A stretch of DNA of 64,000 nt from positions 10,044,001-10,108,000 of the forward strand of contig JBHGNT010000013.1 in the NCBI GenBank assembly GCA_043228905.1. Reading direction: 5' to 3'. Positions 54,701 through 62,249 of this stretch are shown here, piece by piece. The stretch is from Azolla caroliniana (Eukaryota > Plantae > Polypodiophyta). A model generated the notes under the pieces. It ran no database searches, had not been told where the DNA came from, and was given only the letters and a program-made list of their open reading frames with translations. The position numbers were made by a program, and so were the translations under genes. The first letter of the stretch is position 1, and each line of letters opens with the position of its first letter.

Positions 54701-57700
54701 AAAAACGTATATGCTTTTTTAAGTCTTCATTAAGCACATTGAAAGACATCATGTGCTTGTGAGTGGTTGCAACTATTTGATGCCTCACTGAATTTGTTGA
54801 GCTAATAATATACACTCCTCATGAATCAACTGTCTAGACAAACAAGCTGAATCTGTTATTCATTTCAGGGAAACATCAATTATGATATTAAATAAAGTAT
54901 TCTCATTACACGTCATCCATATGCAGGCGATTAACTGGATAAAGAAGAAGGAAGGCAAACTACTCGAAGGAAGAATTAAGACATTTAACGATGCAGACTT
55001 CCTGAAGCAGCTTGAGTTAGCAGTCCAATATGGATTCCCATTTATGTTTGAAAATGTGGATGAGTATATTGACCCTGTCATTGATCCAGTGCTTGAAAGG
55101 GCAACAACATCATTGCCAGGGGGGCGGAAAACTGTAAAACTTGGTGATAAAGATGTCGAATGGGTAAGATGAATTTGCATTATCTTGGATAAAAGAGTAA
55201 GATATCTCAAATTACTAGCTTCTTTATTATATTACAATAGAATAGAATATAATGTATTTTTATCCACAAGGACAATCTTGACCTGTAGGACCAAATTAAT
55301 ATTTAATACGTTAGTTTACTATTTATTTTTATTTGAGGGAGTCATAATAGATGTAGAAGACGAATTTCATTCCATGCTTTTCAGGATGAAAATTTCCGGC
55401 TCTATTTGATATCAAAATTGCCAAATCCTCATTATGGGCCAGAAATATCGGGAAAAACAATGATTATCAATTATGCGGTTACAGAGCAAGGATTGCAGGC
55501 ACAGCTACTGAATGAAACAGTAAGAACAACTTAAGAACGAGCATGTCTTCTAATTAATATCTTAGTCTTTGTGAATGCATCACAAACTATTGATTGTAGA
55601 CACAAGGATAAAGTGAACCTCAATCCATAATTTATGTTTTGAAGGTCAAACATGAAAGACCAGACTTGGAAGAACAGAGCGAAGTATTAATACGAGAGAG
55701 TAGTGAAAACAAATCTCTACTAAAGACTCTAGAGGATACACTTCTGCGAGTATGTCTCTTGTTTAGATATAAAATCTAACATTTGAAAAGTAATTTACAT
55801 AATTGAAGAGAAATCCGAGGATTTTAATTAAATACTTTAAATGTATGGAGTGATAAATGCGCTATAATTATTTATGCAGGAATTAAGTAATTCTACAGGA
55901 AATATATTAGATAATGAAGAGCTATTAAACACTTTGGAAGGTGCAAAGTCAAAAGCATCTGAAATCTCTCAAAAGCTTGGCCTTGCACGTGAAACAGCTA
56001 AAGAGATTGAGCAGGTAGACTCTTTAGAATTTTTCTGTTATTATTAAGCCGTTACTGAATCCTAATACAAAATATTATGGAAACTTACCAACTGAAACTC
56101 AAATGTTCATCTTTTTATGCAGCTCCGACTCCGTTATTCTCCTGCAGCAAAAAGGGGGACGATTCTTTTCTTTGTCATGTCCTCACTATCTGCAATTAAC
56201 AATATGTATGAGTATTCCCTCTCTTCTTTTCTTCGAACTTTCCAAATGTCACTTGAGACGAGTAAACAAGATCCAACACTTGAAGGTCGATTGCGAAGCA
56301 TTGTGGACGCCCTCACTTTTGATGTGTACAATTACACATGCACTGGACTATTTGAAAAGCATAAGTTAATGCTTTCTTTCCAGATGACAATAAGTATCGC
56401 AGATGGTGAAGGCCACCTCAATCGGCAGCATTTGGAATTTTTTTTGAAAGGGAATCTGTCCTTGGAGAAGGCAAAAAAAACAAAACCATATGACTGGATC
56501 CCTGACCAAGGCTGGCAAGACATTGTGCAGATGATAACCTTAGGTCCGCAGTTCGTTACTGTTGGAGAACACCTAGAGAAAAATGAATCTAGTTGGAGAA
56601 CATGGTATGAGCAGGAAAAACCAGAAGAATTCCCCCTTCCTGGAGGATTAAGTGAAAAGCTAAAGACCTTAGAACAATTGCTTGTACTCCGTTGTTTCCG
56701 AATCGATAGGATCACTGTTGCTCTTACGGTGAATAACTAAACCAAAATATAAGTTTATTTTTATTTTTTATGAATGCATATATTGTTTGAGAAAATTAGT
56801 ATGAATTCTTCTGGAAGAGTTAGAGAACGAATTATCATGGAAGAGTATTTTTTTAGAGGACGAATTCTTATTGAAGGGTATATGGTTCTCAGATAACAGT
56901 AATCGACCTGAACTTTATTTGTTGCGAGAAGTTGACTAGGCATATACATTGCCAGGGCATTCAGGAGCATGGAAAAGAGGGCCAGCTTGTAGCATTCTTT
57001 CTTCATACGGAATCTTATAGAGATTAGCTCTAAGTAACCATTTTCCTTACTTGCCTAACATTCTGGCAGTCGAAGTAGTTTAGACATATGAAGACTATCA
57101 ATCAAGCAGAAGGAAGTTACTGAAGTAGTTATTGATCCTATTCTGAATCAGAAAAACTAGACTTCATGTGTTATGTCTGTTTGAAGAGTGTCTTAGATGT
57201 ACTCCTTGGGTGTTCCATCCGTGAAGTACGAAGCTTCCAAGCTACATACTGCATCTTCTTTAAATGAACTAGTGCATGATTGAAATCACCAAAATGAAAT
57301 TTAGCCCTCCAATGAGCTTTCAAATATTTGAACTGAAGTTAGCAGCACCATAATAAGATTACAGTTATTTGGCAAATGATTATTGAGTTTCTTACTTCAT
57401 TTTATTAATGCACTTTTTGCAGAAATATGTGATGGAGCAACTGGGTGAAAAGTATGTTACTCCACCAATGCTCGATTACCAGAATATCCACAAACAGAGT
57501 TCTCCTTTTACTCCCGTTGTCTTTATTCTAAGCCCAGGAGCGGATCCAGCATTTGATGTATTCAAGTTAGGAGAGGAAATGGGCTTCAAAGCAGGTACAA
57601 AACTCAAATACATGGCACTTGGTCAAGGAATGGGTCCAAAAGCCCAAGAGACCCTTGAAGGTGGAGCTGCTCGTGGTCTTTGGGTCATGTTACAAAATTG

Positions 57701-60700
57701 TCACCTACTTCCTTCGTGGCTCAAAACTTTAGAAAAAATATTAGAGAAACTTCAAAAACCTCATGTAGACTTCAGACTCTGGTTGACCACGGAGCCAACT
57801 TCCGTTTTTCCACTTGGAGTATTGCAAAGAAGTCTGAAAGTTGTAACTGAACCACCAAATGGACTCAAATTGAACATGAGATCGTCGTATGCAAAAATTA
57901 GTGAAGAGATGCTTTGTGATTGCCCCCACTGGGCTTTTCGAACTCAGGTATGTACAATAACATTGAATTCTATTGTTTATAAAACAAAATTTGAAAAGTT
58001 ACACTCTTTCGTTCAAGAGTATTTTGATTGACATGATAAAATTACCTAGATCACTGAATTGGTTGACCCTGACTTCCTATCAGAAATGATGCATTTTTCG
58101 AGCCAGTCAAAAAGCCATTTGAAACATAATGGCAGAAATTTACAGGACATTTTCATAATTTTATTGCCTCAACTATAAAGGGGGATAGCCAAAGAAGAGG
58201 GATAACGCTCTCTAGGCATCCAATTATTAGCAGGAGAAACTAAATTCACTGCCAGCATAATTCTAGCACCCACTGGCACATCTTGTGGACAAGTCGAAAA
58301 CCAGATTTCGTTTCATATGAATAGCATGGTTATTGATCCAACGGACAAAGTTGTCTCATTTATATTGAGTATATGACCATTATAATTTCAATTTATAAAA
58401 CTTTGATTAAAGGAGCAACACTCAGTATGGCCATATATAACCAGGAGAAATGTTCATGTTCATTTAATGTAGTGTAGTATAGATGCTGAGTCATTATCAT
58501 ATTCTTAAACCAAATGTTATCTTCACAATGTCTCAATTTAACTCTATTTCAATTAGAGGCCCTGCAAATACACGCAAGTAACATACACAGTTACATTTTG
58601 GCTCTGTGCAGGTTTACGTCTTGACATTTTTCCATGCAGTAGTACAAGAGCGTCGAAAATATGGTAGGCTTGGGTGGAATGTAGCCTATGATTTTAATGA
58701 GACAGATTTACGAATCAGGTCCTCATCTTCTTCTATGACACTCTTTAAGATACGACATTAATTTTATCAAATCTGATCAAATCAATAGATAATAAAACAT
58801 TCTTTTCAAGGGGAAAATTTTGTCAGAGAATATTTGAAGTTCATTTGATAGAGGGGAATAATTATTATGGAGGTATATTTTTTCATGTTTTAGTCTGGGG
58901 TTTGCTTCCTCACCTTTATTATGATCTTTTGTATACAGCCTACTATTGATTGCAACATACCTGCAGAAAACATGGGATAATAAGGACGACACCATTCCAT
59001 GGGGTACTCTTAGATATCTTATTGGTGAAGCCATGTATGGTGGTCGTGTTTCAGATTCTTTTGACAGGAGAATATTGAAGACATACCTGGAGGAGTACCT
59101 TGGTGATTTCCTTTTTGATCCATACCACCCTTTCGCGTTCTTTACTGGATGTGATGGAATTGTATACAAGGTTCCTGATTCTGGTCAGAAGGAAAATTAT
59201 ACCTCTTACATAGATTCCCTACCTTTGGTCCAAACACCTGAGGTCTTTGGCCTCCATGCAAATGCTGACATCAGCTATTACACAATCACAACAAAAACTC
59301 TATGGAGAGACTTGATAAGCTTGCAACCCCAGGGAGGTGACAACCAAGGAGGCCTTAGAAGAGAGGAAGCTATTTCTAACATCGCTGTCGACTTATTGGC
59401 AAAACTTCCTAAGCCGTTTGACCTTCCAAAGGTTAAGAAAGAAATGGGAATACCAACTCCTGTCCAAGTAGGCCATCCACTTTCAATTTTCCTCCGATCA
59501 GTAATTCTCCTCATATGTACTAATTTCATGAACACTAAATCACACAGGTTGTCTTGTTACAAGAACTTGAAAGGTGGAACAAATTATTAATATCCATGGA
59601 AGAGAGCCTTCAAAAGCTTAAGAGGGCGTTGGCAGGAGAAATAGGCATGAGTAAAGATCTTGATGATTTGTCAATTGCACTTTACAATGGCCAACTTCCA
59701 AGTTTATGGCGAAAACTGACTCCCCAGGTATCTCTTTGTCTTTGATTTTTATTGAAATCAGGTAATTATGTTAACCGTTAGGAATTAATCGTTTGGTCCT
59801 CTTTGTTTCTAATCTTGTATATTAATTTAAACAAGGTCAATGTTGAAAAAAGTGTTCAGTTTGGTTCAAAATTTGTGCACTTCCTATTTTTGATCTAAGA
59901 ATATCTGAAATGGTAGATTAATGGTTCTTCAGATTTAAAGAATTGATTCTTGAAAAATGATAAGAATTTCTAAGTTTTAAGGTTATTTTATTTTAACAGA
60001 CTGAGAAAATGCTTTCACCCTGGATAACATGGTTGCTGAGGAGAAATGCTCAATATAGAAATTGGGTCGAAAATGGCGAACCAAAAGTAATGTGGCTGTC
60101 TGGTCTCCACATTCCCGAGACTTACATTGCAGCATTAGTTCAAACTGCATGTAGAGATTGTGGCTGGCCTCTAGATAAATCCACTATATATACCAAAGTA
60201 AGATTTCAAATGTTATTAATTTCTCTTTCTTTCACATATAGAGATCTCAAAGTATACCATTTTGCAAGAGCGTTACTAAGTAAAATGTCACACATTTTCT
60301 TCTCTCGTCATTTCATATACCTGTATCCTTTACGACTCTCTCGTGAGCTGGTTGCCACATGTACCACTTTTCACATGTTTTAGCACTGCCATGTATCACA
60401 GCCCTATTACATTTGTCATTGAAAAATTAAGGCCATAATCAATTAGTACCGAAGGTGCTTTCCTCACTTCAGAGATCTCTCCACATCAGAGGGACCCATG
60501 TTGGAGATTTTTCGAGGTTTCAACCGAATTTTAAAGTTTTAAATGCTTAGATAACTAGATTATTTAGTTTCCCATGCGTAATTATATTTATTGTCTTTGT
60601 TCTCAAAGACAAGACATGATTTAAGATGTAATCTCTTGTTCCAGTTGGGTTCTGTAGACCATTATGGCCAATTGAAAGTTGTTAATTTATCTTTCTTTGT

Positions 60701-61595
60701 TTACAAAATTTTATGCATTTTATCTTTCTCTTTGTGGAGATCTGTAAATATACTGCTATTTGTGGGCTCGTTATAGGAATATCCCGTTTTAAGCACGGTT
60801 TTGTTCTTTTCTTTCATATGTTCTTTTTTTTCCTTTCACATATTTCCTTTACATGTAGAGAGAGAGGACTAACACTACCTCATTTTATGATCAGGTTACG
60901 AAGTTTGTAAACGAATCAGAAGTGAAGGAGAAACCAAAACATGGATGTTATATCACAGGGTTATACCTGGAAGGCGCCGATTGGGATTTAAACAAATCAG
61001 AGCTGAAATCTCAAGTACTCTTTCTTAACAAAGCTATCCACAGTTTTAGATCTTTCTTCTTCACAACAAACTGAAACTGTGTTTTGGAAACAGATTTAGA
61101 TTTTAATTCTTCACAACTAACTGAATTAAATTCGTGAAAGGATTAAGACATTATTTCTTTGCTATAAAATTCAGTATGTAGATCAAAATTCTTCACAACA
61201 AACTGTAAGTAAAATTTGAAAACAACATATCTCAATCAAAAGCTGAACTAAATTTCTGCAAGAGTTTAGGACTTAAACACTCCACAATTATCGTCTCTTT
61301 CAAGTCTGATTCCTAGATTACATTTCCTTTCTGTTCCTTTTTTTTTTTAAATTGTCTTTTTTTCTGGCAGGACCCAAAGCAACTTGTGGTGGAGCTTCCG
61401 TTGCTGCAGATCATCCCTGTGGAAGCAACGAAAATCAAGTTGCAAAATACATTCAAGACACCTGTGTATGTGACCCAATCGCGAAGAAATGCAATGGGAG
61501 TGGGCCTAGTAATGGAAGCAGACTTGGCGACGAGCCAACATTCGTCGCACTGGATCCTTCAAGGAGTAGCCCTCTGCCTCAACATCGACCAATAG
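9227..61595 (+). CDS. DNAH10: Axonemal inner-arm dynein heavy chain, I1/f alpha type (DNAH10/DHC1 ortholog), whole gene, 73 coding exons, about 4559 aa
   Basis: Manual GT-AG splicing gives one open frame of 13,680 nt. Tail motifs [41 protein letters not shown] are DNAH10-like. P-loops [33 protein letters not shown]-terminus [15 protein letters not shown]. Confidence 0.92.
10388..10525 (+). CDS. DNAH10: Dynein exon 2
   Basis: [21 protein letters not shown]. Confidence 0.75.
10613..10720 (+). CDS. DNAH10: Dynein exon 3
   Basis: [15 protein letters not shown]; weak acceptor. Confidence 0.6.
10835..10900 (+). CDS. DNAH10: Dynein exon 4
   Basis: [13 protein letters not shown]. Confidence 0.75.
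11868..12035 (+). CDS. DNAH10: Dynein exon 5
   Basis: [23 protein letters not shown]. Confidence 0.88.
12196..12252 (+). mobile_element. LINE 3' terminus (stem-loop plus TTTC tail)
   Basis: ttataggccattttggcctcttaaaagacgttaatatatctttctttc. Confidence 0.8.
12347..12424 (+). CDS. DNAH10: Dynein exon 6
   Basis: [17 protein letters not shown]. Confidence 0.88.
13332..13472 (+). CDS. DNAH10: Dynein exon 7
   Basis: [15 protein letters not shown]. Confidence 0.9.
13714..13877 (+). CDS. DNAH10: Dynein exon 8
   Basis: [14 protein letters not shown]. Confidence 0.88.
13956..14121 (+). CDS. DNAH10: Dynein exon 9
   Basis: [22 protein letters not shown]. Confidence 0.9.
14869..15625. mobile_element. 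Cluster of LINE 3' fragments: two minus (about 14869-15090, 15110-15230) and one plus (about 15250-15625)
   Basis: Similarity to the family 3' region at 27125-27800. Confidence 0.7.
15761..15935 (+). CDS. DNAH10: Dynein exon 10
   Basis: [13 protein letters not shown]. Confidence 0.9.
16166..16327 (+). repeat. (TATATC)n/(TGTATC)n hexamer microsatellite
   Basis: About 27 hexamer units; produces the spurious YL/DI ORFs. Confidence 0.95.
16328..17330 (+). mobile_element. Two head-to-tail 5'-truncated LINE copies (16328-16580; 16581-17330)
   Basis: Both end in the stem-loop/TTTC terminus. The second encodes the ORF2 C-terminal CCHC finger [18 protein letters not shown]. Confidence 0.88.
17662..17756 (+). 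CDS. DNAH10: Dynein exon 11
   Basis: [14 protein letters not shown]. Confidence 0.88.
17946..18020 (+). CDS. DNAH10: Dynein exon 12
   Basis: FLREIE..PPTTRNQ. Confidence 0.85.
18421..18560 (-). mobile_element. LINE 3' terminus
   Basis: Reverse complement of the family terminus. Confidence 0.8.
18805..18921 (+). CDS. DNAH10: Dynein exon 13
   Basis: [11 protein letters not shown]. Confidence 0.9.
19054..19164 (+). CDS. DNAH10: Dynein exon 14
   Basis: [12 protein letters not shown]. Confidence 0.85.
20139..20324 (+). CDS. DNAH10: Dynein exon 15
   Basis: [24 protein letters not shown]. Confidence 0.9.
20380..20470 (+). mobile_element. LINE 3' terminus
   Basis: aagatgtaatctc..gtcttataggctattttggcctcctaaaagacgttaata. 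Confidence 0.78.
20535..20720 (+). CDS. DNAH10: Dynein exon 16
   Basis: [16 protein letters not shown]. Confidence 0.9.
20822..20929 (+). CDS. DNAH10: Dynein exon 17
   Basis: [14 protein letters not shown]. Confidence 0.8.
21600..21658 (+). CDS. DNAH10: Dynein exon 18
   Basis: [10 protein letters not shown]; phase matches the next exon. Confidence 0.78.
21791..21971 (+). CDS. DNAH10: Dynein exon 19
   Basis: [23 protein letters not shown]. Confidence 0.88.
22810..22932 (+). CDS. DNAH10: Dynein exon 20
   Basis: [18 protein letters not shown]. Confidence 0.75.
23198..24170 (-). mobile_element. Internally deleted LINE: N-terminal half of RT fused to the 3' terminus
   Basis: [58 protein letters not shown]; the family tail follows directly at 23198-23345. 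Confidence 0.92.
24701..24775 (+). CDS. DNAH10: Dynein exon 21
   Basis: [11 protein letters not shown]. Confidence 0.88.
24932..24997 (+). CDS. DNAH10: Dynein exon 22
   Basis: [16 protein letters not shown]. Confidence 0.82.
26262..26323 (+). CDS. DNAH10: Dynein exon 23
   Basis: [10 protein letters not shown]..; phase matches the next exon. Confidence 0.75.
26407..26830 (-). mobile_element. 5'-truncated LINE copy
   Basis: Tail at 26407; QQRTITTFF on the minus strand. Confidence 0.82.
27125..27800 (+). mobile_element. 5'-truncated LINE copy (well preserved)
   Basis: [26 protein letters not shown]; 3' stem-loop and (TTTC)n tail. Confidence 0.9.
27960..28625 (-). mobile_element. Internal LINE ORF2 fragment (post-RT to CCHC finger)
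   Basis: The minus strand reads [35 protein letters not shown]; homologous to 41100-41500 and 50760-51290. Confidence 0.82.
28795..28921 (+). CDS. DNAH10: Dynein exon 24
   Basis: [20 protein letters not shown]. Confidence 0.87.
29654..29854 (+). CDS. DNAH10: Dynein exon 25
   Basis: [14 protein letters not shown]. Confidence 0.85.
30035..30280 (+). mobile_element. Two degenerate LINE 3' termini
   Basis: ttctcaaagatgagacaacattttaagatgtaatctcttgtttggcctcttaaagac; second at about 30230-30278. Confidence 0.65.
30414..30756 (+). repeat. Tandem duplication, unit about 169 bp x2
   Basis: aaggtctagaaatca..aatctactaagg repeated at 30415 and 30584. Confidence 0.9.
30844..30926 (+). CDS. DNAH10: Dynein exon 26
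   Basis: [14 protein letters not shown]. Confidence 0.85.
31121..31216 (+). CDS. DNAH10: Dynein exon 27
   Basis: [14 protein letters not shown]. Confidence 0.82.
31222..31833 (+). repeat. Tandem duplication, unit about 310 bp x2
   Basis: tgattc.tttgtatcata..agcagttggcatga at 31222 and 31532; colinear to the end. Confidence 0.9.
31923..32010 (+). CDS. DNAH10: Dynein exon 28
   Basis: [13 protein letters not shown]. Confidence 0.78.
32136..32246 (+). CDS. DNAH10: Dynein exon 29
   Basis: [13 protein letters not shown]. Confidence 0.85.
32342..32437 (+). CDS. DNAH10: Dynein exon 30
   Basis: [11 protein letters not shown]. Confidence 0.87.
32667..32903 (+). CDS. DNAH10: Dynein exon 31
   Basis: [16 protein letters not shown]. 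Confidence 0.9.
33132..33274 (+). CDS. DNAH10: Dynein exon 32
   Basis: [12 protein letters not shown]. Confidence 0.92.
33363..33651 (+). CDS. DNAH10: Dynein exon 33
   Basis: [14 protein letters not shown]. Confidence 0.92.
33830..33925 (-). mobile_element. Degenerate LINE 3' terminus
   Basis: aatgctttttaagaagtcaaaatg..aacaacaaaccaaaataaa. Confidence 0.55.
34081..34313 (+). CDS. DNAH10: Dynein exon 34
   Basis: [12 protein letters not shown]. Confidence 0.93.
34400..35220 (+). mobile_element. Degenerate LINE fragment upstream of RT (endonuclease/linker region)
   Basis: [16 protein letters not shown] and [18 protein letters not shown] match the 23990-24150 copy; the left boundary is uncertain. 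Confidence 0.7.
35816..36182 (+). CDS. DNAH10: Dynein exon 35
   Basis: [17 protein letters not shown]. Confidence 0.93.
36302..36466 (+). CDS. DNAH10: Dynein exon 36
   Basis: [11 protein letters not shown]. Confidence 0.92.
36497..36782 (+). repeat. Tandem duplication x2 (second unit lacks about 50 bp)
   Basis: ttaccatgtagtttgcagacagcattg and attgaaatggggaaggaagacacc both repeated. Confidence 0.88.
36785..36990 (-). mobile_element. Degenerate LINE 3' terminus
   Basis: aaagctatattaatgtctttaatagg..ttgagaacaaaaacctaaaat. Confidence 0.55.
37618..37763 (+). CDS. DNAH10: Dynein exon 37
   Basis: [17 protein letters not shown]. Confidence 0.92.
37871..38108 (+). CDS. DNAH10: Dynein exon 38 (AAA1 P-loop)
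   Basis: [24 protein letters not shown]. Confidence 0.95.
38516..38635 (+). CDS. DNAH10: Dynein exon 39
   Basis: [12 protein letters not shown]. Confidence 0.93.
38829..39034 (+). CDS. DNAH10: Dynein exon 40
   Basis: [14 protein letters not shown]. Confidence 0.92.
39756..40080 (+). CDS. DNAH10: Dynein exon 41
   Basis: [18 protein letters not shown]. Confidence 0.93.
40267..40498 (+). CDS. DNAH10: Dynein exon 42 (AAA2 P-loop)
   Basis: [15 protein letters not shown]. Confidence 0.93.
40600..42020 (+). mobile_element. 5'-truncated LINE, about 1.4 kb, RT thumb to 3' tail
   Basis: [23 protein letters not shown], degraded CCHC region, family terminus at 41915-42020. Confidence 0.82.
43445..43671 (+). 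CDS. DNAH10: Dynein exon 43
   Basis: [28 protein letters not shown]. Confidence 0.94.
43767..43885 (+). CDS. DNAH10: Dynein exon 44
   Basis: [16 protein letters not shown]. Confidence 0.93.
44730..44815 (+). mobile_element. Degenerate LINE 3' terminus
   Basis: ttttaagatgtaatct..gatgttaatgtagctttctttcttt. Confidence 0.5.
45155..45356 (+). CDS. DNAH10: Dynein exon 45
   Basis: [13 protein letters not shown]. Confidence 0.87.
45440..45682 (+). CDS. DNAH10: Dynein exon 46
   Basis: IWSLGGA..RSRFD. Confidence 0.9.
45786..45872 (+). CDS. DNAH10: Dynein exon 47
   Basis: [10 protein letters not shown]. Confidence 0.9.
46508..46687 (+). CDS. DNAH10: Dynein exon 48 (AAA3 P-loop)
   Basis: [15 protein letters not shown]. 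Confidence 0.93.
46839..46981 (+). CDS. DNAH10: Dynein exon 49
   Basis: [19 protein letters not shown]. Confidence 0.93.
47145..47349 (+). CDS. DNAH10: Dynein exon 50
   Basis: [16 protein letters not shown]. Confidence 0.92.
48115..48366 (+). CDS. DNAH10: Dynein exon 51
   Basis: [18 protein letters not shown]. Confidence 0.93.
48465..48734 (+). CDS. DNAH10: Dynein exon 52
   Basis: [16 protein letters not shown]. Confidence 0.92.
48875..49180 (+). CDS. DNAH10: Dynein exon 53 (AAA4 P-loop)
   Basis: [14 protein letters not shown]. Confidence 0.93.
49558..49713 (+). CDS. DNAH10: Dynein exon 54
   Basis: [12 protein letters not shown]. Confidence 0.92.
49858..50199 (+). CDS. DNAH10: Dynein exon 55
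   Basis: [15 protein letters not shown]. Confidence 0.92.
50358..50431 (+). CDS. DNAH10: Dynein exon 56 (stalk)
   Basis: [16 protein letters not shown]. Confidence 0.85.
50525..52275 (-). mobile_element. Degenerate LINE, about 1.7 kb, RT to 3' tail
   Basis: [39 protein letters not shown]; tail at 50525; the YADD region appears deleted. Confidence 0.87.
52732..52957 (+). CDS. DNAH10: Dynein exon 57 (stalk/MTBD)
   Basis: [18 protein letters not shown]. Confidence 0.92.
53041..53172 (+). CDS. DNAH10: Dynein exon 58 (MTBD)
   Basis: [17 protein letters not shown]. Confidence 0.9.
53325..53540 (+). CDS. DNAH10: Dynein exon 59
   Basis: [16 protein letters not shown]. Confidence 0.9.
53645..53880 (+). 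CDS. DNAH10: Dynein exon 60
   Basis: [18 protein letters not shown]. Confidence 0.92.
53954..54197 (+). CDS. DNAH10: Dynein exon 61 (AAA5)
   Basis: [19 protein letters not shown]. Confidence 0.92.
54490..54560 (-). mobile_element. Degenerate LINE 3' terminus
   Basis: gttttaagaggccaaactgtcctacaaaaccaaa. Confidence 0.6.
54927..55163 (+). CDS. DNAH10: Dynein exon 62
   Basis: [16 protein letters not shown]. Confidence 0.92.
55385..55519 (+). CDS. DNAH10: Dynein exon 63
   Basis: [17 protein letters not shown]. Confidence 0.9.
55645..55749 (+). CDS. DNAH10: Dynein exon 64
   Basis: [15 protein letters not shown]. Confidence 0.9.
55880..56014 (+). CDS. DNAH10: Dynein exon 65
   Basis: [11 protein letters not shown]. 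Confidence 0.9.
56123..56728 (+). CDS. DNAH10: Dynein exon 66
   Basis: [16 protein letters not shown]. Confidence 0.93.
57423..57947 (+). CDS. DNAH10: Dynein exon 67 (AAA6)
   Basis: [32 protein letters not shown]. Confidence 0.94.
58612..58718 (+). CDS. DNAH10: Dynein exon 68
   Basis: [17 protein letters not shown]. Confidence 0.92.
58939..59467 (+). CDS. DNAH10: Dynein exon 69
   Basis: [22 protein letters not shown]. Confidence 0.93.
59548..59727 (+). CDS. DNAH10: Dynein exon 70
   Basis: [16 protein letters not shown]. Confidence 0.92.
60000..60197 (+). CDS. DNAH10: Dynein exon 71
   Basis: [18 protein letters not shown]. Confidence 0.92.
60440..60700 (+). mobile_element. Degenerate 5'-truncated LINE copy
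   Basis: ggtgctttcctcacttcagagatctctcc..ttctcaaagacaagacatgatttaagatgtaatctcttgtt. Confidence 0.72.
60895..61014 (+). CDS. DNAH10: Dynein exon 72
   Basis: [15 protein letters not shown]. Confidence 0.92.
61050..61260 (+). repeat. Degenerate short repeats in the last intron
   Basis: ttcttcacaac(a/t)aactg at about 61057, 61107 and 61189. Confidence 0.6.
61371..61595 (+). CDS. DNAH10: Dynein exon 73 (last coding exon)
   Basis: [21 protein letters not shown]. Confidence 0.93.
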   Translation, partial: DPKQLVVELPLLQIIPVEATKIKLQNTFKTPVYVTQSRRNAMGVGLVMEADLATSQHSSHWILQGVALCLNIDQ

Positions 61596-62019
61596 TCTCT
61601 TCTTACTTGTAGTACATATATGTAATATGTAATATGTAATATGTATGTATTGTATACAATAGAGGTGGAGAGATTGTTAAGAGGAAGACTCCCTCTAGGT
61701 GGTGTCGACAATGGCGTGGCCTTCTTTATTGTGGAGTTGCCAATCACAAAGACGCCGATTTGAATCACAGAAAAATAACGGACTCGTCGGTCATTGTTAG
61801 GTGAAATATATAATCGGCCTAAAGTGGGTTGAAATCCATATATCTTGGATTCCTAAGATTAAAAAGCCAGTTAGTTAGTTAGTTAGTTACATTGGGAGGC
61901 TCGTCAATATCAAAAGTCCAGTTTTTGGAATGGCCCGTCTTCTTGTATTGTATCCCGGCTACATTTGAGGCATTGACAACGAATTTTGTAATTGTGAATA
62001 ACAAGTGAAGTCAAGGTCC

Positions 62020-62190
62020 TCACCTACATATAGGAACATATTCTAATACATGAAAATGTTGTATTTTGAGGTCGTCCCAAGGTATTGACCTACATATGAG
62101 AATATATTGTAAGATGTATTTTCGAGTTCTTCATGAAAATGTTGTATATTGATGTGGTATTGACCGTCAAATAAGAATATATTCTAATGT
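62020..62190 (+). repeat. Degenerate tandem repeat (about 65-80 bp x3)
   Basis: acctacatat..gaatatatt.taa and catgaaaatgttgtat recur. Confidence 0.6.
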
Positions 62191-62249
62191 GTTGTCAAAT
62201 TCTTCCCGAGTGTATTTTCTTTTGATGTTTTCTCTAATTACACTACTCT

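Noticed and set aside
12196-60700. Recurrent palindromic 50-100 bp repeat as a CRISPR array or MITE
   Set aside because: It is dispersed in both orientations with no spacers or terminal inverted repeats, and is contiguous with RT fragments and a microsatellite tail, so it is a LINE 3' end.
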